Positions 49,779 to 59,679 of a stretch of 64,000 bases of DNA are shown in pieces (position 1 is the first letter of the stretch; every line of letters starts with the position of its first letter). Origin of the DNA: Chitinophagaceae bacterium (GTDB lineage Bacteria > Bacteroidota > Bacteroidia > Chitinophagales > Chitinophagaceae); contig CANFJP010000001.1 of NCBI GenBank assembly GCA_947447485.1, positions 1,145-65,144 on the forward strand, given 5' to 3'. A program made the position numbers and the translations under genes. The notes beneath the pieces are model-generated. The model saw only the letters and a list, made by a program, of their open reading frames with translations, did no database searches and was not told the DNA's origin.

Positions 49779-50657
49779 TTAATTTCTTTTATCTAATCCC
49801 CAGCTAAGCTTATTTCTAAGTGTTTGAAGAAAATTATTTTCATTCATTCTAATAAGATTGATTGAAAAAGCTTCTTTTTTTACAGCCAGTTGAATTTCTT
49901 TGGTAACAAGTTCTCTTCTGCTATCAAGTGTACATAGAAATCCATCCGTACGCCCTTCAATTTCAAAAGAAATAATGGTATTATCTGGGACTATGATTGG
50001 GCGGACATTTAAATTATGCGGGGAAACGGGTGTAATAACAAAGCTGCTACTTTCGGGGAATACGACTGGTCCATTACAACTTAGTGAGTATCCAGTAGAT
50101 CCAGTAGGGGTTGCTACAATCAATCCATCTGCCCAATAAGTATTTAGAAATTCCCCATTAAGATAAGTGTGAATCTTAATCATAGGAGAGCTGTCTTTCT
50201 TGTGTAATGAAAATTCGTTCAATGCGTAGGGCGTTTCCCCAAATAGAGGAATATTTGCATCAAGATGTATGAGTGATCTTTTTTCTAACACATATTCTCT
50301 CTTAGCTATTGCACTTATAGCCAATTGAATTTCTTCTTTTCCAATATTAGCTAAAAAACCTAATCTTCCGTAATTGACTCCTAAAACAGGAATGCCAGAA
50401 TCTTTTACCAACGTAACTGTATCTAACAATGTTCCATCGCCACCCAAACTAATAATACAATCAATGCTTTCATCTAAATCGCTACTAGAATTAAAAGTAG
50501 AATATTTTGTTTCTATGTTAATGGCAGAATAAAATTGATTAAAGAAGTCTTGATAAAACACTGGCTCAATGTTATTATTGCCTAATTCTTCTAAAAGTAG
50601 ACTAAGATCTTTAAGCTGATCATTTTCTATTCCCCGACTATAAATAGCTATTTTCAT
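49779..50657 (-). CDS. nadK: NAD kinase
   Basis: LGGDGTLL, GRLGFL, ALNE, DGLIVATPTGSTGYSLS. Confidence 0.96.
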   Translation of the reverse strand: MKIAIYSRGIENDQLKDLSLLLEELGNNNIEPVFYQDFFNQFYSAINIETKYSTFNSSSDLDESIDCIISLGGDGTLLDTVTLVKDSGIPVLGVNYGRLGFLANIGKEEIQLAISAIAKREYVLEKRSLIHLDANIPLFGETPYALNEFSLHKKDSSPMIKIHTYLNGEFLNTYWADGLIVATPTGSTGYSLSCNGPVVFPESSSFVITPVSPHNLNVRPIIVPDNTIISFEIEGRTDGFLCTLDSRRELVTKEIQLAVKKEAFSINLIRMNENNFLQTLRNKLSWGLDKRN

Positions 50658-50678
50658 TTTATGTATAATTCAAGGTTA

Positions 50679-52130
50679 TTATAAACTTCCCTTCACGTGT
50701 AAAAATAATCCCTTTTCTCTTAATTGATTGAAACTATATTCAAGATTTACGTTTATATCGTATAAGGTAAGCATATCAATACCAATTCCTCCTGTATAAA
50801 GAAGCATATTGTTTAGTCTTGTATCAAATTCTTTGCTATTATAACTAAATCCTGCATCTGCAAAAGTTTTGGCATAGAATGAAAAGGGAATATAGGGGAC
50901 AGCTTTAATATTAAATGGGATAGGTATTTTAAATGAAATTATTTTTTTACTGATTGTGTATTTTGATAAAGCTGCAGCCACTCCATCAATCACATAATAC
51001 TCTAATCCTCTTAAATAAAAATTAGAGTAACCCAAAGAACGTTGATTGATATAAGGCTGCTTAAAAGGAAGTTTTATTTTTGTAAATAATTGAATGTTAG
51101 TATAAAAGTGATTTCTGAGTGTAAAGTATTTTTTAAAGGTTGCATCCAATGCAAGCATATTAACGCCCCCGCTGATACCTAGTCCTCTCTTAACAATCGA
51201 AAATGAGTAAGATTTACCTTTCAGCGGGTAATCAACATTATTTGTGTTATTGTATGAGCAAGTATAAATCAGGTCTGGGAAGGAAATTATAGATTTCGTA
51301 GAATTTAAATAATGAGGATTGTATTGATTGGTTAGGACACTATCATTTACTTTGATATAGTTAAATAGAACAGAAAAATAATTTTTCTTAAAATATCCTT
51401 TTCTTGAAATGTATGTTGCATTGACTAAAACCCCATCCTTTTCAAAATTGCTTTTTTTATATAGTAACAATCCATTGTTATAAGATGTTTTATACGGGAA
51501 CTCTCTATTTTGGATTATATTAAACCCTATTGAATAACCTTCGTCTAGTCTTTTGTTGCTATAAGGAGCTGAATAACTTATAGAAAAGTTTCTGGCGTAG
51601 CCATTTTGTAGAAAAATTCGCAACTGATCTCCGCGCCCGCTAATGTTATAATGTAAAAACTTTGCTCCATAAATAACGCGCGTCAAATCAGCATTATAAG
51701 TCTTCCACCATTCATTAAAATTCCGATCTACTAATTTAAACTGAGGGGTTGGATAAATATACCAGCGCTCTTTTAGAATCACATTTAAAGTGAGTGTAAA
51801 TGCGGTCGTTAACACTGGTTCTATTTCTACTTCTGAAAAAAGAGATGTATTGTAAATTAAATTATGCGATTCTTCAATGGCTTCGAAAAGATTAGCAGCA
51901 ATAATTGAATCGCCCTTTTTAATCCTCATTTCTCGCAGTATGATATATTCTTTTGTTTTATTGTTACCAATAATATTAATCTTAGTGATAAATAATTTTG
52001 CAGAAGAGTCAACCGATACTTTATTGTTCATTTCATCATAAAAACCCGGGTAGGTTTTTTTTTCCTGCGCTGCTGACTGAAAAAAACTACATAATGCCAA
52101 GAGTATAATAGGAAGCTTTAAATATTTCAT
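50679..52130 (-). CDS. Omp85/TamA-like outer-membrane protein with one POTRA domain
   Basis: Signal peptide; GNNKTKEYIILRE POTRA; loop-6 LRGLEYYVIDG; barrel C-terminus. Confidence 0.85.
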   Translation of the reverse strand: MKYLKLPIILLALCSFFQSAAQEKKTYPGFYDEMNNKVSVDSSAKLFITKINIIGNNKTKEYIILREMRIKKGDSIIAANLFEAIEESHNLIYNTSLFSEVEIEPVLTTAFTLTLNVILKERWYIYPTPQFKLVDRNFNEWWKTYNADLTRVIYGAKFLHYNISGRGDQLRIFLQNGYARNFSISYSAPYSNKRLDEGYSIGFNIIQNREFPYKTSYNNGLLLYKKSNFEKDGVLVNATYISRKGYFKKNYFSVLFNYIKVNDSVLTNQYNPHYLNSTKSIISFPDLIYTCSYNNTNNVDYPLKGKSYSFSIVKRGLGISGGVNMLALDATFKKYFTLRNHFYTNIQLFTKIKLPFKQPYINQRSLGYSNFYLRGLEYYVIDGVAAALSKYTISKKIISFKIPIPFNIKAVPYIPFSFYAKTFADAGFSYNSKEFDTRLNNMLLYTGGIGIDMLTLYDINVNLEYSFNQLREKGLFLHVKGSL

Positions 52131-52179
52131 GTGTGCTTGGCTTCAGGCTAATAGATATTTAATTGTAGAAATCAATTCG

Positions 52180-52842
52180 CTACAAGTTTAAATAATTCAT
52201 CAGATGCTTATAGTTGTTGTCTAATTCATTTTCATACTGTTCAACGCCAAATGAATATAAAACTGTATACTCGTATCTTTCAAAAGTAGCCACAACAGCG
52301 CTGACTTCTTTTTTATTAATGTGTAGAGTAACAGTAAGCATACCGGTTGCAGCATTAATGGTTGTATTTAGATGAAGCACTGTACAATCATTGCTTTCAA
52401 CAATCCGACTAATTTCAGATATTGCAAATTGAATTCTCTTCATTTCCAATACAATGATTCCTCCTATTTCATTGGCTCCCGAAAAATCTCCGATTGCTTT
52501 TAATAGGTCAGCAACGGTAATGACTCCTATATATTCGTTTTCCTTATTTAATACAGGTACAATATTTGTTTCAAATTGGTTGCTAATATTTACTGCATTC
52601 AGAAAATGAACATCGTCTAGAACAAATGCATTGAGAAAACTATTTTGAATAATTTCTATTGGTAATCTTTCATCTTCAACATCTAATAAGTCGTCTTCGC
52701 TTAACAAGCCAAGGTATTTATTTTCAACTACTACAGGAAGATGAGTTAATTTATAGTCGTTTATTATTTGCCTAGCCTTGCTAACAGAATCTTGAAGCTG
52801 TAGTTGGGGAATATTATTAATAACGAGTGCGGCGGTCAGCAT
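52180..52842 (-). CDS. CBS-domain protein (AcuB-like)
   Basis: Tandem CBS (HLPVV...YLGLLSEDD; VPVL...YIGVIT) plus ACT-like tail. Confidence 0.85.
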   Translation of the reverse strand: MLTAALVINNIPQLQLQDSVSKARQIINDYKLTHLPVVVENKYLGLLSEDDLLDVEDERLPIEIIQNSFLNAFVLDDVHFLNAVNISNQFETNIVPVLNKENEYIGVITVADLLKAIGDFSGANEIGGIIVLEMKRIQFAISEISRIVESNDCTVLHLNTTINAATGMLTVTLHINKKEVSAVVATFERYEYTVLYSFGVEQYENELDNNYKHLMNYLNL

Positions 52843-52934
52843 TGCAAGAAAAATTAATTAATAGAGAATTACCACTGTAAAATAGGATGTTGTTTGCAAA
52901 TTCAAACAAATAAATTGTTAAACCGTAGCTTCTA

Positions 52935-53696
52935 CTATGATTTCATTTTTAATAAAAACTCTTCAAGAATTCTATTAAATTCTTCAGGCACCTCCATCAT
53001 CGGAGCGTGCCCACATTTATCAATAAAATGCAACTCGCTATTGGGGATTAGTTTATGAAATTCTTCTCCTACGAACGGAGGGGTAATAGTGTCGTTTTTT
53101 CCCCAAATTAAGCAGGTGGGGGTTTTAATCTGATTCAATTCATTTCCAAGATTATTGCGAATGGCACTTTTAGCTAATGCAATAATTTTTATCACTTTCA
53201 TTCTATTATTGGTAATTTCAAAAACCTCGTCTACCAATTCATCTGTTGCTAAAGCTGGATTATAAAAAGTTAGGGATGTTTTATTTCGAATATATTCTTT
53301 ATCGCCTCTTTTAGGATAAGAATCACCCATTCCATTTTCAAACAATCCAGAGCTACCAGTGAGAATGAGTGATTTAATTCTTTCGGGCTTTTTTAGAACA
53401 TACACTAAGGCAACATGCCCCCCCAATGAATTTCCCATTAGATGGATGTTCTTGTAATCTCTATGTTCAATAAAACGCTGCACAAACTTTTGCAATCCCC
53501 CCACAGAAGTATGAAGAAGATCTAATTCTAATAGAGGCAAAAGGGGCACTACAACCTTGTGTGTATGGCGAAAATGTTCAATAAGGTCTTTGAAATTGCT
53601 GAGCGCTCCAAATAGTCCATGCAATAACATTAATGGCTCACCAACGCCTTCTTCAATATATTTAAATTTACCGTCTTCTTTTATTTCGTAGCTCAT
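52935..53696 (-). CDS. Alpha/beta hydrolase
   Basis: LLHGLFG, GNSLGG nucleophile elbow, WGKND, CGHAPMME. Confidence 0.93.
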   Translation of the reverse strand: MSYEIKEDGKFKYIEEGVGEPLMLLHGLFGALSNFKDLIEHFRHTHKVVVPLLPLLELDLLHTSVGGLQKFVQRFIEHRDYKNIHLMGNSLGGHVALVYVLKKPERIKSLILTGSSGLFENGMGDSYPKRGDKEYIRNKTSLTFYNPALATDELVDEVFEITNNRMKVIKIIALAKSAIRNNLGNELNQIKTPTCLIWGKNDTITPPFVGEEFHKLIPNSELHFIDKCGHAPMMEVPEEFNRILEEFLLKMKS

Positions 53697-53792
53697 TTGT
53701 TTATCGATGAGATTTGTGTAATAAAATGTTGAAATACCCTTTATCCTCTATTGTTAAAAATACATCAAATCAAACAATAGCTGAAATTATTA

Positions 53793-54326
53793 CTATAGTT
53801 TATTGCTATTGCTTTCAAAAAAATGTCCTAACTGTGCGAATATATCTTTAAAAAACGGGATAGCGGTTCCTATTATATCCATGATTTTTGGGGCCAATGG
53901 GCATATATAGTGATATACAATAGATGAATGGATGGTCTCTTGTTGGATAATATGTAATTGAGTGCCATAAAAAAGAAAAACACTATAGATGATACCATAC
54001 AAAAGCATAAATAACAATACCCCTGCGAGCTTATTAAGCCAGCCCAACATCAGCATTTCAGCAAATCGCTGAATAATTGAAGCCAATATTTTTACTACAA
54101 TAGCTACCGCGATAAATACCAAGATAAAGGACACAAACGGCACCCATTTGCTATTCAAATATTGATTGTTAGCAAATCTGTTGGCTACTATTGCCGATAG
54201 TTTTATTGCCGCTGCAAGTCCCACAATAAAGGCAATAATTGAAAAAAGAGAAAGAATCAATCCTTTGCTCATTCCCTTGAAAATTGCAATTATCAATAAT
54301 GCAATAAAAAGTATATCAATGAACAT
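53793..54326 (-). CDS. CvpA family protein
   Basis: IAIFKGMSKGLI...WLNKLAGVLL membrane pattern. Confidence 0.88.
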   Translation of the reverse strand: MFIDILFIALLIIAIFKGMSKGLILSLFSIIAFIVGLAAAIKLSAIVANRFANNQYLNSKWVPFVSFILVFIAVAIVVKILASIIQRFAEMLMLGWLNKLAGVLLFMLLYGIIYSVFLFYGTQLHIIQQETIHSSIVYHYICPLAPKIMDIIGTAIPFFKDIFAQLGHFFESNSNKL

Positions 54327-54337
54327 AGATGGATGTT

Positions 54338-54787
54338 TTAAACCAGCAATAATTTAACAATGGCATTGATTGTTTTTCCATCAGCTTTTCCTGCCAATTG
54401 CTTAGATGCTATCCCCATTACTTTTCCCATATCTGCAGCACTACTTGCTCCCATTTCTTGTATGATAATTTTCAACGCTTCTTTGATTTCATCTTCAGAG
54501 AGTTGTTTTGGCAAGAATCTTTCGATGATGGCCATTTCTTCTCTTTCTTTTGCTGCTAAATCTTCTCTTCCTTGTTTTTCAAATATTTCAAGTGAATCCT
54601 TTCTTTGCTTCATCATTTTTTGTAGAAACTTTTGTTCGGTAGCTTCATCAATTTCTCCTCCGGCTCCAGGATCCGTTTTTGCTTTGATGATTTCTGCTTT
54701 AATCGCTCTAAGACTTCTTAGTGCTGATTCATTTTTCGATTTCATGGCTTCTTTCATTTCAGTCATGATGGTTTGTTCTAAAGACAT
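54338..54787 (-). CDS. GatB/YqeY domain protein
   Basis: MKEAMKSK, KQRKDSLEIF...GREDLA, DMGKVMG, KADGK. Confidence 0.93.
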   Translation of the reverse strand: MSLEQTIMTEMKEAMKSKNESALRSLRAIKAEIIKAKTDPGAGGEIDEATEQKFLQKMMKQRKDSLEIFEKQGREDLAAKEREEMAIIERFLPKQLSEDEIKEALKIIIQEMGASSAADMGKVMGIASKQLAGKADGKTINAIVKLLLV

Positions 54788-54830
54788 ACGTTAATTTTAG
54801 TTAGGTAAATAATTTTATTGTGTAAGCATA

Positions 54831-55181
54831 CTAATTTGCAGCTTGGTCTTTTATTTGTGCATCTCTAAATTTCTTGAAGAAATCTTTAGCAAACACTTTC
54901 ATTTCTTCGGTCAGGCCATCTTGTTTCGTAGCTCTTTGAAAGGTGTCTGCCATGGTCATCATCATCTGGTAAAAAAAATCGCCCATTTCATCTACCATCA
55001 TGTCTTTTGTCCATAAATCTATTCGCAAAGCCGACTTATCTGCTCCATCCCAAAAAGCTAGGCACATTGCTTTTGCTTTTTGTTTCATCTCGGCATTGCT
55101 ATCGCTTGCTTCCCAGTTGATTTGTTCGGGTATTTTATTTGGATCTAAGATGATGTCTATTGTGATGGTTGACTTTTGCAT
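54831..55181 (-). CDS. gldC: Gliding motility protein GldC
   Basis: LDPNKIPEQINWEASD, ALRIDLWTKDMMVDEM, MADTFQRAT; TAACTTTG at 55200-55207. Confidence 0.9.
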   Translation of the reverse strand: MQKSTITIDIILDPNKIPEQINWEASDSNAEMKQKAKAMCLAFWDGADKSALRIDLWTKDMMVDEMGDFFYQMMMTMADTFQRATKQDGLTEEMKVFAKDFFKKFRDAQIKDQAAN

Positions 55182-55213
55182 TGTCCTGTTTTTTATTTAC
55201 AAAGTTAATGTGT

Positions 55214-56287
55214 TTATATTTTCTTTTTATTAATTATTGACTCCCACAAATAGTTGGCACAATTTTCCCAAGTTCTAGCTGCCGATAGCGCGTTGCTTTT
55301 ATTTACGAATTCTTTTCGGGTCTTTTCATCTTTATATAATAGCATCAGGTTATTTGAAATAGCTGTTTCGTTTTCTTCTGTATATAATATTGCATCTCCA
55401 AAACTTGCTTTGTAAAAAGCAGTTGCTGGCAAAATAACAGGAAGCTTATAAGACAATGCCGTCAGAACATTGAATGGTAATTGATTTTCAATTGGTATAA
55501 AAATAGTTGCATAGGAGCTTCCAATAATCCAATACAATGTTTCTTCATTTTGATTAGAAACGATTACAACATCTTCTTTGTATTTATAATTGGAACATAC
55601 TTTTTCAACTGATTCTATTTTGTTTGAATCTGCCACAATCAACAACTTCATTTTAGAATGCTGCCACTTCTTAAAAAGAGAAAAAGCTTTAAGCACCACT
55701 ATTAGCTTTTCTTCGTTTGTTTTGTCAAAATCAAAAAAGAAAAAATCTTTATCGTCGGTGTATTTCTGTTTAATATTCTCTTTGAATTCAATCGAGTATT
55801 CGTCCTTTTTTTCTATGCCTCTATTACATATCAATAGCTTTTCAGTAATTGAGGGCATTAATTGCAAAACATTTTTTTTAATGTAATCATTTGGAACAAT
55901 AACATGAGAAGCTTTCAGTAATGCTTTTTTATTCCTGTTTCTAGAAGACAAAAGTGCGTCTAAATATATTATTTGAACTGCATTGTTTTTATTATTACAA
56001 TGATTGGTACTGCTAAAGAAATAAGTTGTATTAAGCTTTTTAAGTGTTTTAGAAAGTTTATATTGATACCAATAATATTTAGATAAAGAATTACTTATTC
56101 TTGGCCTAATAGACAGATAAGTAATATTTTGTGATGGCTTAAGCTGCTTTAAAAGGGGCGTATCCGAAACAAAAACAAATGAAACTGATGGATATTTCTC
56201 TGCTAGAAAAGTAAAGCAACGGTAATTGAAATCTCGCGTGAGGTTATGTATGGCATTACTAGAATCAATCTGAACAACGATGGTCAT
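55214..56287 (-). CDS. GT-B/GT4-like glycosyltransferase, strongly degenerate
   Basis: GT4 layout (KENIKQKY, LIVVLKAFSLFK, ALSYKLPVI) without an intact E-x7-E motif. Confidence 0.6.
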   Translation of the reverse strand: MTIVVQIDSSNAIHNLTRDFNYRCFTFLAEKYPSVSFVFVSDTPLLKQLKPSQNITYLSIRPRISNSLSKYYWYQYKLSKTLKKLNTTYFFSSTNHCNNKNNAVQIIYLDALLSSRNRNKKALLKASHVIVPNDYIKKNVLQLMPSITEKLLICNRGIEKKDEYSIEFKENIKQKYTDDKDFFFFDFDKTNEEKLIVVLKAFSLFKKWQHSKMKLLIVADSNKIESVEKVCSNYKYKEDVVIVSNQNEETLYWIIGSSYATIFIPIENQLPFNVLTALSYKLPVILPATAFYKASFGDAILYTEENETAISNNLMLLYKDEKTRKEFVNKSNALSAARTWENCANYLWESIINKKKI

Positions 56288-56296
56288 TATAGCTAT

Positions 56297-57586
56297 TTAT
56301 TTCAGCACTTTAACTTTTACTGTTTCTATTCTAGTGTCACTTACATTAATTATGTCAAATTCAAAGTTTCCAATGATGATGCGCTCTTTTTGTTTGGGGA
56401 TAGCCTCATGATTTTGTATGATGTATCCTGAAAGCGTTTCTATTCCTTCGTCTTCATTGAATGCTAAATTATATTTTTCCGAAATAAAATCTAATTCAAG
56501 TCTACCACTAAATATAAATTCATTTTGAGAGAGCTGTTTGTCTACAAAAGATTCTGCGCCATCATATTCGTCTTCGATTTCACCAAAAATCTCTTCTAAT
56601 AAATCCTCCATCGTAACAATGCCCGCCGTGCCCCCAAACTCATCTATTACCCATGCAATGCTTTTCCTTTCCTTACTAAATTTATTCATAAGGTCCGTAG
56701 CGCTCATTGTTTCCGGAACGGTTGGAATGGGATGTAAAATCTCTTTAATTGAGGAAGGATTTTTAAACATGTCTAAATGATGTATATATCCCAGAACAGT
56801 ATCAATATTGTTTTCATACACCAACAGTTTGCTTAGTTTTGTTTCAATAAACTTAGCCTTTACCTTTTCTATTCCTTCATTGCTTTCAACTCCTTCAATT
56901 TCTTTTCTTGGGATCAAACATTCTCTCAATTTAATTTCACTGAGTGAAAGGGCATTTTCAAAAAATTCCTTATTGATTTCATTGCTATTTTCTTCGTCGT
57001 GATGTTTGCTTTGTTGAACAAAGTGTTCAAGATCTACCTTGCTGAAAGCTTCTTTTTTATTATTCAGTTTCACGTTAAAAATAAATGTTAGAATCCATTC
57101 CGCCATATTTACAAATAGCGAAGCCACAGATGAAAAGAGCCAATAAAAAAAAGCAGACAAATAGCTAATGAAAGGAATGCTTAAGATTGTATTATTTCTT
57201 GCTTTAAAAAATGCTTTGCTTAAAAATTCAACGAACAAGATGATTGAGGTAGATAATATCGTTTCTATTAATAATCGTATGAATTTTAAATAATCAATAG
57301 CCGAAGTAGGCAATTTTCCTTCAATCCACTTCCACACCGGATCGATCATGTCTCCAATTAGAAGTCCATATATCACCAACACAACATTTAGTCCTACCAG
57401 TACAGTTCCAATAAATCTAGTGGGGTTCACTGAAAGTCGACCCCATGTTTTTCCGCTGAAAGTACCTTGTTTCTTGTTTAGTTCTATTGAAAACTTATTT
57501 GCCGAAATAAATGCAATTTCAATTCCGGAAAGAAATCCAATTAAAATAAGGGAGATAAATATCGCTAACAATGAAATCCAATCCAT
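56297..57586 (-). CDS. HlyC/CorC (CNNM + CBS + CorC) hemolysin-family transporter
   Basis: FLSGIEIAFIS, CBS pair, VIDEFGGTAGIVTMEDLLEEIFGEIEDEYD. Confidence 0.93.
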   Translation of the reverse strand: MDWISLLAIFISLILIGFLSGIEIAFISANKFSIELNKKQGTFSGKTWGRLSVNPTRFIGTVLVGLNVVLVIYGLLIGDMIDPVWKWIEGKLPTSAIDYLKFIRLLIETILSTSIILFVEFLSKAFFKARNNTILSIPFISYLSAFFYWLFSSVASLFVNMAEWILTFIFNVKLNNKKEAFSKVDLEHFVQQSKHHDEENSNEINKEFFENALSLSEIKLRECLIPRKEIEGVESNEGIEKVKAKFIETKLSKLLVYENNIDTVLGYIHHLDMFKNPSSIKEILHPIPTVPETMSATDLMNKFSKERKSIAWVIDEFGGTAGIVTMEDLLEEIFGEIEDEYDGAESFVDKQLSQNEFIFSGRLELDFISEKYNLAFNEDEGIETLSGYIIQNHEAIPKQKERIIIGNFEFDIINVSDTRIETVKVKVLK

Positions 57587-57623
57587 AATATAAAAATAAT
57601 AAAATCAGTTTTACGTTTTGCAC

Positions 57624-58205
57624 TTATGATTGCAAAAATTCAGCCACAAGTGCTTCGGCTTTTTTACAGGCAATTTCTAGATCATCATTGATGATTATTT
57701 TATCAAATTGATCTTTGAAAGAAATTTCATAAGATGCTTTATTCATTCTTGCATTGATAGATTCTTCGTTTTCTGTGCCTCTTGCCAACAAACGATTTTT
57801 TAATTCTTCAATTGAAGGAGCTTCAATAAAAATACTCAATGTGTTTTCTGGGTATTGCTGTTGCACGTGAATCGCTCCTTTTACATCTACGTCTAAGACA
57901 GGCACTTTTTCATTGGCCCAGATACGTTTCATTTCAGTTTTAAGGGTTCCGTAATACTTTCCCTCATACACCATTTCCCATTCTGCAAATTCTTTGTGTT
58001 GTATCTTTTGTTTAAATTCCTCTATACTGACGAAATAGTAATCTTTGCCATTTTCTTCATTGCCTCTAATAGTCCTAGTAGTTGCTGATATAGAAAATTC
58101 AAGTATGGGAAACGCTTTCATTAGATAATGAGTGATAGACGTTTTCCCCGCTCCTGATGGAGCTGTAATAATTAATATTTTTTGATGAATACTTGCCATT
58201 TGCAA
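57624..58205 (-). CDS. gmk: Guanylate kinase
   Basis: TAPSGAGKT, SISATTR, GKDYYF, YYGTL, DVDVKGA. Confidence 0.97.
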   Translation of the reverse strand: MQMASIHQKILIITAPSGAGKTSITHYLMKAFPILEFSISATTRTIRGNEENGKDYYFVSIEEFKQKIQHKEFAEWEMVYEGKYYGTLKTEMKRIWANEKVPVLDVDVKGAIHVQQQYPENTLSIFIEAPSIEELKNRLLARGTENEESINARMNKASYEISFKDQFDKIIINDDLEIACKKAEALVAEFLQS

Positions 58206-58252
58206 AGAAATGAAATAATTAGCCTGTACAATAATTTGATTTTGATAATTTT

Positions 58253-59560
58253 TTAAGAAACCCTTTTTATATCGGCTCCTATTTTTATCAATCGCTCATC
58301 AATAAATTGATACCCTCTGTCAATTTGTTCAATATTTTGAATAACGCTTTTACCTTCTGCACTCAATGCTGCAATCAACAAAGCAACACCGGCTCTGATA
58401 TCCGGAGAACTCATGGTGATTCCTCTGAGTTTTTTCTCGCGCTCCATACCTACTACTACGGCTCTATGAGGGTCACATAAAATAACTTGTGCACCCATTT
58501 CAATCAATTTATCTACAAAAAACAGGCGACTTTCAAACATCTTCTGATGAATGAGTACGCTTCCCTTTGCTTGCACTGCGGTAACCAAAAGAATACTTAG
58601 TAAATCGGGAGTTAACCCAGGCCATGGATGATCGTACATGGTAAGAATACCTCCTTCAAGAAAAGTTTGTATTTCGTATAAGTCTTGTGCAGGAATATGT
58701 ATGTCATCTCCAATAATATTTAGCTTAATGCCCAGTTGTTGAAATCTTTCAGGAATAACTCCCAAGTCTTTTACCCCAGCATTTTTAATAGTAATCTCGC
58801 TTTGTGTCATCGCAGCCAATCCAATAAAACTTCCCACTTCAATCATGTCAGGCAACATGGTGTGTGATGTTCCATTTAATTTTTTCACTCCATGTATAAT
58901 CAGCATATTGCTACCAACCCCTTCAATATTCGCTCCCATTCGATTGAGTATTTTACATAACTGTTGCACATAAGGCTCGCAAGCTGCATTGTAAATGGTC
59001 GTTGTACCATTTGCCAATACCGAAGCCATTAATATGTTCGCGGTGCCCGTAACACTTGGCTCGTCTAATAAAATAAAACAGCCATTTAATTCTTTTGCTT
59101 CAAGGGTAAAAAAACTTGCATTGTCATCATAGGTATAAGAAGCACCCAGTTTTTGAAACCCTATAATATGCGTATCCAACTTCCTGCGGCCAATTTTATC
59201 TCCGCCTGGTTTGGGTAAATATGCTTTTTTAAATCTTGCTAATAGTGGACCAGCAAGCATTACAGATCCTCTTAAACGCCCGCTTTTTTTATGGAATGCA
59301 TCACTTTGTAAATAATCAACATCTATGTTATTTGCTTGAAAGCTGCAGGTGTGTCTGTCGATGCGATTAATTTTTACATTTATTTCCTTTAGTAGTTCTA
59401 TTAATAGATTGACGTCAATAATATCAGGAATATTATGAATGGTAACTTCTTCATCAGTGAGCAATACTGCACTAATGATTTGCAATGCTTCGTTTTTAGC
59501 ACCTTGAGGAGTGATTTCGCCAGATAGTTTTTTTCCTCCAATTACTTCAAAAATACTCAT
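58253..59560 (-). CDS. murA: UDP-N-acetylglucosamine 1-carboxyvinyltransferase
   Basis: QGAKNEAL, PGGDKIGRR, EPSVTGTAN, PDMIE, SPDIRAG, IDRGY; TACGTTTG at 59612-59619. Confidence 0.97.
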   Translation of the reverse strand: MSIFEVIGGKKLSGEITPQGAKNEALQIISAVLLTDEEVTIHNIPDIIDVNLLIELLKEINVKINRIDRHTCSFQANNIDVDYLQSDAFHKKSGRLRGSVMLAGPLLARFKKAYLPKPGGDKIGRRKLDTHIIGFQKLGASYTYDDNASFFTLEAKELNGCFILLDEPSVTGTANILMASVLANGTTTIYNAACEPYVQQLCKILNRMGANIEGVGSNMLIIHGVKKLNGTSHTMLPDMIEVGSFIGLAAMTQSEITIKNAGVKDLGVIPERFQQLGIKLNIIGDDIHIPAQDLYEIQTFLEGGILTMYDHPWPGLTPDLLSILLVTAVQAKGSVLIHQKMFESRLFFVDKLIEMGAQVILCDPHRAVVVGMEREKKLRGITMSSPDIRAGVALLIAALSAEGKSVIQNIEQIDRGYQFIDERLIKIGADIKRVS

Positions 59561-59622
59561 ACTCGGTTCTCTTTAATCTTTAAAATAGGTTGATCAATCA
59601 ATATATAAAAGCAAACGTAAAT

Positions 59623-59658
59623 AAAAATCCCTGATGCCAATTATAACATCAGGGGTTT
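59623..59658 (-). terminator. Intrinsic terminator after the DUF4290 gene
   Basis: CCCTGATG-n10-CATCAGGG inverted repeat, T-run on minus strand. Confidence 0.75.
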
Positions 59659-59679
59659 GGTTTGAATGCTTCAATATAA

